A stretch of 64,000 nt of DNA. Origin: Candidatus Aegiribacteria sp. (GTDB lineage: Bacteria > Fermentibacterota > Fermentibacteria > Fermentibacterales > JCC-6). Position numbers and translations under genes: made by a program. Below, piece after piece: positions 45,416-55,066 of this stretch. The notes under the pieces are model-generated. The model did no database searches and was not told the DNA's origin. It saw only the letters and a list, made by a program, of their open reading frames with translations. Within the stretch, counting starts at the first letter, position 1, and every line of letters starts with the position of its first letter. The DNA is taken from the NCBI GenBank assembly GCA_030600545.1, contig JAUVLV010000002.1, positions 241 through 64,240 of the forward strand, written 5' to 3'.

Positions 45416-48400
45416 ATGACATTATTTGAATCAGGTTCCAAGAAAATACTGAAGAAGATCAGAAAATTTGCCAGCGAGGGAAGTGTTAATCGTGTTTCCT
45501 CTACCGTAAAGGAGGAAAAAAACGTCCTTCTTGAGGAAAGTAGTGTAGCGCTGGAATTGGTTGAACTGCTGCTTGACATCGGCCATCCAAATCTTGCGGC
45601 AAGCGTTGGTGAAGAAGTCATGCGGCGTCACAGACAGATCGCCAAAGAAGTGCGCAGTCTGTTCATAGGCAGGCTTAATGAATTTTCCAGATCAACTGAT
45701 CTTCTGAGAGTTACCTGGAAGAGTTTCATAAACATGCATGATTACAAAGGAGCCCTCAATGTTCTCCGCCAGGTGGACGAGATTACCGTTTCAAGTCTTT
45801 TCGATATCATAAGAGAAAAAATGCAAAGTTCAATGCGGTTTGACGGCAGTGTCCATCCTGAAGCTGACCAGATTTCACTGGTAGAATGGGGATTATGCCT
45901 GCATCGTGAACGAAGAACTGGCGAGGCTATCGATTTCCTATGGAAAGTCTGCAGGGAGGTTGAGTTTCCACACCGCGATATATCACTTCTGGCATTCTGG
46001 ATAGGTAATCAGGTTAAGGAGCTTGATAGCAGCTACTGGATCTCACTCATGGGTATTGCTGCGGTTTCGGGAAAAATGGACCGTGCACTGCAGTTCGCGA
46101 ACAAGCTGTCAGACAGTGAACCGTCACCTGATGAAGCGGTAGATGCTGCGAATGTAATTGAGAAATGGATGGTACCAGCTGACCGTTCTGGAAGATCGGC
46201 AGCAATTCTTGCTGAAATGTATACCGCAGCTGGTAAGACCGAGGCTGCCTCGAAAACCCTGGAGGGGATATACAGTGAAAGCCTGGACAGGGAGGAACTG
46301 GAATCAGCCATTGAGGATCTGGTAGCCCATCCTGATAGCGGAGCGGCTCCACTGCTTCTTTCAGCGCAGATGAATTTTGAAAAAGGTAGGATACCTGAAG
46401 CAATAGAAGCTGTTGAGAAGGCTTTCCAGGCAAAGGATGTCGACAGCACGAAACTCATCAGTATCTGCAGGGATATTCTTGCCGAGACCGGAGACAGTTC
46501 TGGCCCCATTGCCGTAGAACTTGCTCAATACCTGGTTGACAACGGAGACATCAAGGATGCTGTTTTCTCATTGCTTCCGATAGTTGACGGTGATGCGACA
46601 TGGGTTTTTGAACAGATACAAAGACTGATTTCCCGGGACAGGAATAACGCTTCCATACTTTCACTGCTTGCCGCGGTGCTGTTTGAAACTGGCAAGAGGG
46701 GTAAGGCTTCCGCAACCCTTGAGCATCTGTCCAGAAGAACTGACAAAAAATTCTGCAGTGATTCCGCAGCCGTTCTTGACACCATGGAAAACCAGGTCGG
46801 GAAATATCCCGAACTGCGAGAAGCAAGAGCTCTTTTCAGGCTTCGCTCAGAGAGAGCGCAGGATGCAGCTGAAGACTGGTTCAAGCTTATGTTGAAAGGG
46901 AGAATCCCCGCACCGGAAGGCCAGCAGCTGCTGACGAAGGATGAAACTATTGTTGGTTCGGTAGAGAAAATAACGGAATCCAGCTTTAGTCCTGGAGCTC
47001 CATGGCAGGCATTAGTAGTAGCACAGATATGCCTGCGGGAGAATAATATAGAAATGGCCAGTGACTACCTGACCCAGGCAATGGCCAGCGAAGAACTTCA
47101 GGAAGACATTGTAGACAGAATCGGAAAACTGCCTGAAAATCTTCGTAATCAGCTCGATCTGAAAGAAATACTCACCAGGATCTCTGCAGGAAGGGCTGCT
47201 GAAGGTGTAGCATCGATAGTCGAGAAGCTTGAGGGAGACGAAGACTGGAAGATCGCCCTTGCAACAGAGCTGAAATGGAACAATCCAGCGGAGGAAGCCC
47301 AGTTCAAATTCAAATATCTGCTTTCCCGCAACAGGATAATCCTTGCCGGATCTTCCTACGTTGAGGGAAGTATTGGTGAACCCCTGATTGAAAATGTAGC
47401 AAAGGCGTGTTCCGAAATCATAAAGGATAATTACCATGAAGCTCTGGAGCTTCTGAAAAAACCCGTGAAAAGACCCTGGTCAAGTTCGATGGCCAGAACC
47501 GTTCTGGAATTCATACTGCCGAAGGCACCGGTCCTGGGAGTTGAGATCAGGAAACTCATTGCTGAATCATTCAAAACCGAGAAAAGATTCGATGATGTGT
47601 CAGCCATTTTGAATCCTGTATTAAAGGAAGATGGTGTACTGGAGTTACTTGAGAGCATGATCGAAGGTCATCCCGGTGAATACGCTCTGACCAATTCACT
47701 TACCCGGACAGCGTCCATCAGGGCAGATTTTCAGAGATTCCATAAATACTCCGCAGTTATGCTCGATCTGGATTCCGACGCAGCTGAAGATATTGTGAAC
47801 ATGGCCGTTTCAATGGCAACCGACAGTTCTTCAGGCGAAGCATACCTTTACGCAGCAAGAGTAGCTTCACGAAACAGGATTGATGTTGATATTGATGATT
47901 TGATAACGAAGGCCGTGCTGCTTCAACCGGATCTGTCGCGCAAAGGGCTTAATGAGGAATTCCACACAATGGGGTCTGCTCCAGGCGCAATATGTGCTGT
48001 CGCATCCGCAAATGCGATAGTATTCAGCAAAATCTGTAAAGATAATCCTGGTATTAGTATTCCTCTGAATGAAAATATTCTTGACATAGTTGATGAATAC
48101 TGGACCCCCGAAGAGAATGCTGAAGCTCTGATTGATCTTGTTGAACAGATCATGTCCGGTGAGTTTTCTCAAAGAGCGGAGGATATACTCTGCAGCATTG
48201 CAGAAAAAAGTGAGGAACCGTGGAAGACAATAGCCTCAAGGAAACTTCTCGGTGAAGTTGAGGCTGGAAATGTTGACAGGATAAGATTCTGGGAATCCGT
48301 TGAAGTCAATACTGTGATCAAGGAGGCTCTTGAAAGGCTCGTTCCTGATGGATACAAGAAGATCAGCAGAGAGGAAGCAAAGGTTATCGCTCCCGCAGTA

Positions 48401-49087
48401 CTCAGTTCGGGCCAGGATATCAGAAGGCTGTTTCAGCTTGCGAACGATGAGATATTCTTTCCCCGTAATGATATACAACTCAGGAAAAAGCTGGCTGAAA
48501 CATGCATGAAAAGCTTTAATGGAATGACGGATGAAGATTCTCTATCGATTGCGGAAACGGGAAAATTATTGGATATTGTTCTTTCAGCAGGATTGCTTTC
48601 CGAAGCTGTTTCAATTGCCAGAGAGAACGGTTCGAATGAAATTCTGTCCAGATTAAGATCGGGGCTGTCTGTTGCCAGAAGGGAACTGGAAACCGAGGGC
48701 ATTGAGAAAGCTCTGAACCTGATAATTTCTGGAAAACCCGATGAAGCCCTGATTATCCTGGACGAAGAAGATATGGAATCTTCCAAAGTAATGGACACAA
48801 AAGCCCTCGCATTATGGAATCTCGGATATCGGGATCAGGCCATTTCAGCATGGATGAGTGAATACAGAAAAACGAGGGAGGCGGCTCCTCTGAAGCGACT
48901 TTTCTGGACACTGCAGCAAGCCGGGGCCTCAATAGAGAGAACCGCCCTGCGCAGATTCATTGTCGGAAGATTTCCTGGGTTAACAGGAATGCTTCCACAG
49001 GATGCTTCTGAAAACAATTCTGATCAGCTGGAATTAATATCGGGACTTCGGATCGTTTCGAACAAAGAGAAGGTGAAAAATGGCTAA
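45416..49087 (+). CDS. Large (about 1220 aa) all-helical repeat protein, no recognised domain
   Basis: This is a long uninterrupted ORF. It has no signal peptide, TM segment or nucleotide-binding motif. Composition is TPR/HEAT-like. The ATG at 45416 lies 7 nt after AGGTGA; GTG at 45410 is an alternative start. Confidence 0.6.
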   Translation: MTLFESGSKKILKKIRKFASEGSVNRVSSTVKEEKNVLLEESSVALELVELLLDIGHPNLAASVGEEVMRRHRQIAKEVRSLFIGRLNEFSRSTDLLRVTWKSFINMHDYKGALNVLRQVDEITVSSLFDIIREKMQSSMRFDGSVHPEADQISLVEWGLCLHRERRTGEAIDFLWKVCREVEFPHRDISLLAFWIGNQVKELDSSYWISLMGIAAVSGKMDRALQFANKLSDSEPSPDEAVDAANVIEKWMVPADRSGRSAAILAEMYTAAGKTEAASKTLEGIYSESLDREELESAIEDLVAHPDSGAAPLLLSAQMNFEKGRIPEAIEAVEKAFQAKDVDSTKLISICRDILAETGDSSGPIAVELAQYLVDNGDIKDAVFSLLPIVDGDATWVFEQIQRLISRDRNNASILSLLAAVLFETGKRGKASATLEHLSRRTDKKFCSDSAAVLDTMENQVGKYPELREARALFRLRSERAQDAAEDWFKLMLKGRIPAPEGQQLLTKDETIVGSVEKITESSFSPGAPWQALVVAQICLRENNIEMASDYLTQAMASEELQEDIVDRIGKLPENLRNQLDLKEILTRISAGRAAEGVASIVEKLEGDEDWKIALATELKWNNPAEEAQFKFKYLLSRNRIILAGSSYVEGSIGEPLIENVAKACSEIIKDNYHEALELLKKPVKRPWSSSMARTVLEFILPKAPVLGVEIRKLIAESFKTEKRFDDVSAILNPVLKEDGVLELLESMIEGHPGEYALTNSLTRTASIRADFQRFHKYSAVMLDLDSDAAEDIVNMAVSMATDSSSGEAYLYAARVASRNRIDVDIDDLITKAVLLQPDLSRKGLNEEFHTMGSAPGAICAVASANAIVFSKICKDNPGISIPLNENILDIVDEYWTPEENAEALIDLVEQIMSGEFSQRAEDILCSIAEKSEEPWKTIASRKLLGEVEAGNVDRIRFWESVEVNTVIKEALERLVPDGYKKISREEAKVIAPAVLSSGQDIRRLFQLANDEIFFPRNDIQLRKKLAETCMKSFNGMTDEDSLSIAETGKLLDIVLSAGLLSEAVSIARENGSNEILSRLRSGLSVARRELETEGIEKALNLIISGKPDEALIILDEEDMESSKVMDTKALALWNLGYRDQAISAWMSEYRKTREAAPLKRLFWTLQQAGASIERTALRRFIVGRFPGLTGMLPQDASENNSDQLELISGLRIVSNKEKVKNG

Positions 49088-50297
49088 AAAACCAAAAGAT
49101 GAAAACACTGAGCATACCATAGAGGAATTAATTACCGGAATCGGCAAACTTGTTTATAAGCTTAACGAATCTATGGTGAACATTGACAAGCGTATTGAGA
49201 AGCTTGAGACTGGTATTTCATCTCTGCTTGAAGAGAAGTTTGAAAGTATAACTGCAGAACTCATTAAGTCCAACGAACTCCTTACCGATATTGGAAAATC
49301 AGCACCGGCTGGCAGAACCGATACAAAGGAAACTGATAAATCCCTTTCCGGTGAATCGACCGATGTTTACGCTGGGGGACTTATAGAAAAGCTTGATCAG
49401 CTGAAAGCTGAAGTCACAGGTATAAGGGAGAACCTTACCGGTGCTGAGGAAAAGCTTCTGAAAGCTCTCGCTGAAGGACCGAAGGATTTCGTTAACAATG
49501 AACTCTTCAAAAAAGAATTCAGTGAAGTGTCTCTGATGATTTCCGAATCCGCCTCATCCCTTCAGAAGACAGTTGAGAACGTTATAGGTCAGTCTGATGA
49601 GAGCAGAGGGGTTGTTATTTCTGCGAACCTGAAAGTACTTACTGACGGAATCGGCGAAATTTCATCGAAAATGGATAAAGCCGGAGACAATATTCAGGAC
49701 AAGCTGAAAGAGATTAAGACTTCAACAACGGAAGAAGTTGGAGCGATTGGCATCAGCGTGAAGGAAAGCACCGATGCACAGAAGGAACAGCTGCAGCAGA
49801 TGAAGGAACTGCTTACGCTTCACTCGGTTGAAGTCAAGGATAACAGGGTAAAAAGTCTGAACCGTTCCGCAATAGTACATTTCAACAACGCGGAATACAA
49901 TCAGGCACTTGCAAAACTCAAAGAAGCTCTGGAGATCAGTCCCGACAATTCCGAACTGCTTGCGAACATGGCTCATGTTGAAGCGTCCCTGGGAAAACTC
50001 GAAGATGCAGAAGAGAATTTCAAGAAAGCTCTTGAGATTAATCCCGATCTGGAGCCTGCGATATCCGGCCTGGGAACAGTACTGGTAATGGCCGGGAGGT
50101 CAGAAGATACCATTGATTTTCTTCAGAGGTATCTGGATGAGGGTTCCAAGGCATCTACAGACATCATAATAGCCCTCAGCAGAGCTTATGCCTCGCAGGA
50201 TAACCATGAAAAAGCCCTGGCGCTGCTGGAGAGAGCCGAAAAGGTTGCACCGGGACATCCTGGACTGGAACAGGAACTTGCCAAGTACAGGAACTAA
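49080..50297 (+). CDS. Coiled-coil plus TPR-repeat protein (405 aa)
   Basis: The N-terminal 250 aa are coiled-coil-like. The C-terminus carries TPR repeats (NNAEYNQALAKLKEALEISPDNSELLANMAHVEASLGKLEDAEENFKKALEINPD). It overlaps the upstream gene by 8 nt. Confidence 0.6.
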   Translation: MAKKPKDENTEHTIEELITGIGKLVYKLNESMVNIDKRIEKLETGISSLLEEKFESITAELIKSNELLTDIGKSAPAGRTDTKETDKSLSGESTDVYAGGLIEKLDQLKAEVTGIRENLTGAEEKLLKALAEGPKDFVNNELFKKEFSEVSLMISESASSLQKTVENVIGQSDESRGVVISANLKVLTDGIGEISSKMDKAGDNIQDKLKEIKTSTTEEVGAIGISVKESTDAQKEQLQQMKELLTLHSVEVKDNRVKSLNRSAIVHFNNAEYNQALAKLKEALEISPDNSELLANMAHVEASLGKLEDAEENFKKALEINPDLEPAISGLGTVLVMAGRSEDTIDFLQRYLDEGSKASTDIIIALSRAYASQDNHEKALALLERAEKVAPGHPGLEQELAKYRN

Positions 50298-52479
50298 GTT
50301 CTTTGGATTCATTCTTGTAGTCGCGTCCGTACTCCTTGCGTGCAGAGCGCTTCAACCGGATGAAAACCTGGACAACCTCTCATGCCAGCAGAGAAGCATG
50401 TTTGCTGAAGCCAGCGGAGATTCCCTGCAGCAGGCAGGGATGGTTGACCAGGCCAGGGAAGAGTATTTAAGGGCTGCCCTGCTCAGAACGCCTGAAGACA
50501 GTCTTAGAGCCTGTCTTGTCTGGAAAGCTGCCGGGTCCTCTGATTTGCCAAGTGTGCTTACTTCCCAGTTGCTGCTTGAGCTGACGGATTCACTGGCTCC
50601 ATACAGGGCACTTGAACTGGGAGGCGCCAGTATCGGCAGGGAACTCCTTTCCTGCATCTCCCGCAATAATCGCGTGATGCCTGAATATCTTCGCCTTGTT
50701 CTTGCCGATTCCCTTCTAAAGGTCGGTGAAGCAGAATTAGCGCTAACCGCTCTCAGTGGAGTTCCGGGAAACCTACCCGAAAGGGCTCTCAGAAGAAGGA
50801 CAATACTCTTCTACAGGGGTTTTCTTGAAACGCAGCGGCTATCGTTATCGGATTCTCTGTTCAACCGGGCTGAGAACTCAGGTGACGATGAACTTCTATC
50901 CCTTCTATGTCATTACAGGGGGATGTGGATGGCTGATGAAGGCATTTCCGGATACCGAAACGTTTTTCTGAAGTCCTTTGAACTCTGGCCAGCGGCTCCT
51001 GTCCATGCCAGTGCGTATGACGCATTAAGGCCGGAGATACTTGCGGACAGGAATTTTGCCGGTTCAGTTGCCGACCAATTTTATAGCGGAGGGCTCTGGA
51101 ACGAACTGTATGATATAGCTCAGAATTCTCTCGATCCCGACCCTCACCTCTGGTACCTTGCTGCACGTACAAGGGACAGGCTGGGGTTTTACGATGCCGC
51201 CATTGACATGCTTGAACAGTATCTTGACAGGTGGCCTGAAGGGGCGGATACACCCAACGCCATGATTTATCTGGGGCGTAATCTGGGACGTTCCGGTGAC
51301 TGGCAGAGCGGACTTGCGGTTTTAAAGCAGTACGGGGAGGATTTTTCAGACCATTACAGAATAGGAAACCTTCCCTGGTATATCGGTGACTTGCTGGTGG
51401 AAAACAGGCAATGGCAGCAGGCCATTCCCTGGTTTCAAATAACCCTTGAGCGTTACCCGTACAATGTTACAGCCGACGACGCGCATTTCTATCTCTGCTT
51501 TTCGCTCCTCAAGTCAGGCAGAATAGTTGACGCGATAGCCGAATTTGAGAGTTTCATTTCAAAATGGACTGGAAGCGTATACCTTTCATCCGCTAAATAC
51601 TGGCTCGGCAAACTTCTTTATACCGAAGGTAACCCTGAAGGTACAGTCATACTTGAGGCTCTCATTCAGGCAGCTCCAGCAAGTCTTCCCGCCTTTTTCG
51701 CAAGGGAATTGCTGGGATGGCCTGCCTGGGAACCTGAATTTACAGATGAGCCACTTGATCGATGGATGATAAGAAATGGAATTTCACCCGCATTGCCGCC
51801 TGAGGCTGCTCTCAGGGGATTGTTTCTTCAGGAAGCGGGACTGAGGCATTTCGCGGATGGTGAGTTCAGGAAGGCGGAAGAAATTGTAGGCGGACCGGAA
51901 TACCTTGCGCCTTTCTACCTTAATAACGAAGTCTGGGAAAGAAGACCCATTTCAGGATACAACATGTGGAATCTTGCTGATAACGACAGGCCCAGGGAGC
52001 TGTGGATGCTGCGCTACCAGATGGCATGGCCGGAGCTTGTGGTTCCGGCAGGTGTGAAATACGGATTGGATTCACTCCTGGCATGGGCTATCATCAGGAA
52101 TGAAAGCATGTTCCAGCCAACCTGCTATTCCGTAGCGGGGGCAAGGGGACTCATCCAGATGATCCCCAGCACTTCTGAGTACGTTGCAATCGAGCATGGG
52201 TGGGATGATTACTCACCTGACAGGCTTTACGATCCGGCGGTTTCCATCGAATACGGAATAAGCTACATATCCGATGTAAACCGGGATTTTGGTGGCAATC
52301 CTGTTATTACCGCGGCGGCTTACAACGGAGGTCCTCACAATGCTGTTCACTGGGGCGCTGTGGATATGAATACTGATGAGTTCTTTGCGCTTATAACCTA
52401 CAATGAGACGAAAAATTACGCCCAGAATGTTCATCATGCCTACATGATTTATAAGGCTTTATACAGAGGTCGGACTTAA
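50278..52479 (+). CDS. Soluble lytic transglycosylase, Slt70-like (superhelical N-domain plus SLT domain)
   Basis: The SLT catalytic region is AWAIIRNESMFQPTCYSVAGARGLIQMIPST ... AAYNGGPHNAV. A TTG at 50278 gives the lipoprotein-type signal (M)PSTGTKFFGFILVVASVLLAC. The ORF is open from 50188, so the start is uncertain. Confidence 0.7.
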   Translation: MPSTGTKFFGFILVVASVLLACRALQPDENLDNLSCQQRSMFAEASGDSLQQAGMVDQAREEYLRAALLRTPEDSLRACLVWKAAGSSDLPSVLTSQLLLELTDSLAPYRALELGGASIGRELLSCISRNNRVMPEYLRLVLADSLLKVGEAELALTALSGVPGNLPERALRRRTILFYRGFLETQRLSLSDSLFNRAENSGDDELLSLLCHYRGMWMADEGISGYRNVFLKSFELWPAAPVHASAYDALRPEILADRNFAGSVADQFYSGGLWNELYDIAQNSLDPDPHLWYLAARTRDRLGFYDAAIDMLEQYLDRWPEGADTPNAMIYLGRNLGRSGDWQSGLAVLKQYGEDFSDHYRIGNLPWYIGDLLVENRQWQQAIPWFQITLERYPYNVTADDAHFYLCFSLLKSGRIVDAIAEFESFISKWTGSVYLSSAKYWLGKLLYTEGNPEGTVILEALIQAAPASLPAFFARELLGWPAWEPEFTDEPLDRWMIRNGISPALPPEAALRGLFLQEAGLRHFADGEFRKAEEIVGGPEYLAPFYLNNEVWERRPISGYNMWNLADNDRPRELWMLRYQMAWPELVVPAGVKYGLDSLLAWAIIRNESMFQPTCYSVAGARGLIQMIPSTSEYVAIEHGWDDYSPDRLYDPAVSIEYGISYISDVNRDFGGNPVITAAAYNGGPHNAVHWGAVDMNTDEFFALITYNETKNYAQNVHHAYMIYKALYRGRT

Positions 52480-52681
52480 CTTTTACTCGGGCGGATTTGC
52501 ATGAATTCCAAACAGTGAAAAGCAGATGTATATAAAGATGGTAGATGCATGCATTGAATGCAACGATTGTTTAAATTGTAACTTCCTGTCCGATAGCATT
52601 ATAAAAAACTGTATCAAATTGAATGGATTCTAGTCTTTTAAACCCCTTGACAAACCTGTTTCCCGTATCTATTTCATTGCC

Positions 52682-53698
52682 ATGCTTTTCATAAAACGGG
52701 GCAATCTTGACCAGCTGCTTGAATCCCTGAGGGGGGGGTACAGGGTATATGTTCCTCGCAAAATGGGGGACAGTACAGGCTACTCCCTTTTGGGTGAATC
52801 CGATACGGATTATGTGATCGGAGAGATCAGATCATTTGAACCTTTAAAATCTTTCTTTTTCCTTGGTAGAGAAAAAGTTGCGGAAGATTTCAAGCCGGAT
52901 GTTCTCCGTGATGATAAACCACCCTGCATTGTTGGCGCAAAAGCATGCGATCTGAAAGGTTTCAGAATTCTTGATTTCGTATTCATTGACGATGAATACG
53001 GCGATCCCACCTACATGAAAGCAAGAAAAGATGGGTTGATAATATCGGCTGACTGCACAGGTGTTGGTGAAACATGCTTCTGTACGGCGGTAGATATCAA
53101 TCCCTGGCCCGATTCCGATTTTGATATAAACCTGTCTCCTGTAGATGACGGTTTCGTTGTAACTACCGGAAGCGAAAAAGGCCGCGATACCGTAGAAAAC
53201 AATAAGAGCCTGTTCCAGGAAGAAACTGAAGCTCAGGTTAGGGCCGTCAAGCAGAACAGAAATACTGTGAAATCCGATGTAATGAAGAAGGCACAGGAGA
53301 AGCGGATTCCTTCCGCCGATAGACTCCAGCGTATTGTTAATAAACAGTACGAATCAAATATCTGGGAAGAGGTTTCTGAAAACTGCGTGGAATGCGGAGC
53401 CTGCAATACGATATGTCCCACATGTCACTGTTTCCTTCTGTACGATCAGAAATCTGATGGCAAACTCGCCAGATTCAGAGTATGGGATTCATGCATGATC
53501 AACGACTTTGCTACGGTAGCAGGAGGAGAGAACCCTCGAGATAGATTATGGATGAGGCTTAGAAACAGATTCGATAAGAAATTCAACTATTTTCCCGAGG
53601 TGGCCGAAGAGATAGGCTGCACGGGATGCGGCAGATGCATAGCTGCCTGTCCCGGCAAGATCGACATAAGAGATGTCCTGGCAAGACTGGAAACATGA
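52682..53698 (+). CDS. 4Fe-4S cluster protein, sulfhydrogenase beta (HydB) / AsrA-like
   Basis: The Cys patterns are CTGVGETCFCTA, CVECGACNTICPTCHC and CTGCGRCIAACP. It sits next to an AsrB/HydG-like partner, with an ATGA overlap. Confidence 0.7.
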   Translation: MLFIKRGNLDQLLESLRGGYRVYVPRKMGDSTGYSLLGESDTDYVIGEIRSFEPLKSFFFLGREKVAEDFKPDVLRDDKPPCIVGAKACDLKGFRILDFVFIDDEYGDPTYMKARKDGLIISADCTGVGETCFCTAVDINPWPDSDFDINLSPVDDGFVVTTGSEKGRDTVENNKSLFQEETEAQVRAVKQNRNTVKSDVMKKAQEKRIPSADRLQRIVNKQYESNIWEEVSENCVECGACNTICPTCHCFLLYDQKSDGKLARFRVWDSCMINDFATVAGGENPRDRLWMRLRNRFDKKFNYFPEVAEEIGCTGCGRCIAACPGKIDIRDVLARLET

Positions 53699-54513
53699 TG
53701 AAGAATCCATACCGCTCCATTGAAGCTGAAGTACTGAAGGTTACCACGGAAACCGATACAATAAAAACCTTCCTTCTAAAGCCAAAAGAAGAACTCACTT
53801 TCAAACCCGGGCAATTTATGGAATTTTCCGTTCCCGGTGTGGGTGAAGCTCCGTTCACTCCATCATCGGATTCACAGATAACTGAAACGATGGAAATAAC
53901 CATTGTCAGGGTCGGCAAGGTTACCGATGCCATACACGAACTGAAACCCGGCGATACCATCGGTCTGAGAGGGCCACTGGGTAAAGGATATCCACTTACG
54001 AAATTCATAGGCCAGGATATATTGGTCATTGGCGGCGGTGTTGGACTCGCACCTATCCGGACTCTGATGTACGGTCTTTTTCACATGAGAGAGCAGTTGT
54101 CTGCAATTGTTTACAGAGGTGGATGCAGAAACCCCGAGGAATTCCTGTTCCGAGAGCAGCTTGAGGAATGGATTAAGCGGGATGACATTGATATAAGACT
54201 TACCGTTGATGCAGGTAACGATTCCTGGGATGGTTCAGTCGGAGTTGTTACAACAATAATGGATGATATTAACGTTAATTTTGCGAGGGCAAAAGCAATC
54301 GTATGCGGCCCTCCGATAATGATGAAATTCGCCACATTCAAATTGCAGGAACTGGGCGTAAGAGACAGGAATATCTACCTGTCCATGGAGAAAAACATGT
54401 CCTGTGGTTTCGGCAAATGTGGGCATTGCAGGATTGGACCTTATTACTGTTGCAAGGACGGCCCTGTATTTACTTACGATATGATCCGGGAATACCCGGG
54501 AATCTGGGAGTAG
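53695..54513 (+). CDS. FAD/NAD(P)-binding 2Fe-2S oxidoreductase, sulfhydrogenase gamma (HydG) / AsrB / PyrK-like
   Basis: The motifs are FKPGQFMEFSVPGVGEAPFTPSS (flavin site), ILVIGGGVGLAPI (NAD(P) site) and MSCGFGKCGHCRIG...CCKDGPVF (2Fe-2S). I take the ATG at 53695 as the start. Confidence 0.75.
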   Translation: MMKNPYRSIEAEVLKVTTETDTIKTFLLKPKEELTFKPGQFMEFSVPGVGEAPFTPSSDSQITETMEITIVRVGKVTDAIHELKPGDTIGLRGPLGKGYPLTKFIGQDILVIGGGVGLAPIRTLMYGLFHMREQLSAIVYRGGCRNPEEFLFREQLEEWIKRDDIDIRLTVDAGNDSWDGSVGVVTTIMDDINVNFARAKAIVCGPPIMMKFATFKLQELGVRDRNIYLSMEKNMSCGFGKCGHCRIGPYYCCKDGPVFTYDMIREYPGIWE

Positions 54514-54514
54514 G

Positions 54515-55066
54515 ATGGCTATGGAGATGAACAAAACAACGTTTGATCAGCTTCATGGTAACATCGATGCTATAGAGAAGAAGAAAAGTGACAAAAGGCT
54601 GTTCATTGATCTTGATATATGCAATTCTGATCAGTGCGATGAATGTGTTATTGAATGCAGCTATTTCTATCATCCTGTTAACAACGGAATGATTTCTCTC
54701 ATCGAGCTTGCAACCTACGCGCTTATCTGCAGGCAGTGTGAAGAACCTCACTGTGTTAATTCGTGCCCGAGGGATGCCCTCGAAAAACTTGATGACGGAA
54801 TGCTTGTAAGACATACTGCGCTGTGTGTAAGTTGCAGTACCTGTTCACATGCATGTCCTTACGGAACCATCTACCCGGAGATAGTGCCTCATCTGTCAAA
54901 TATCTGTGATTACTGCAAAGACAGAGGAAACTTCACCTGCATTCCCACATGTCCGTATGGAGCACTTGCGATTGCGGGTAAAAGAAATACCGGGGGAGAT
55001 AATATTTTCGAACTGGGAAATCGGCTTGTTGTGCATTCAACTCACTGGGACAGGGGCAAGACATGA
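54515..55066 (+). CDS. Multi-cluster 4Fe-4S ferredoxin-type subunit (HycB/DmsB-like)
   Basis: The Cys motifs are CRQCEEPHCVNSCP, CVSCSTCSHACP and CDYCKDRGNFTCIPTCP. Confidence 0.7.
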   Translation: MAMEMNKTTFDQLHGNIDAIEKKKSDKRLFIDLDICNSDQCDECVIECSYFYHPVNNGMISLIELATYALICRQCEEPHCVNSCPRDALEKLDDGMLVRHTALCVSCSTCSHACPYGTIYPEIVPHLSNICDYCKDRGNFTCIPTCPYGALAIAGKRNTGGDNIFELGNRLVVHSTHWDRGKT

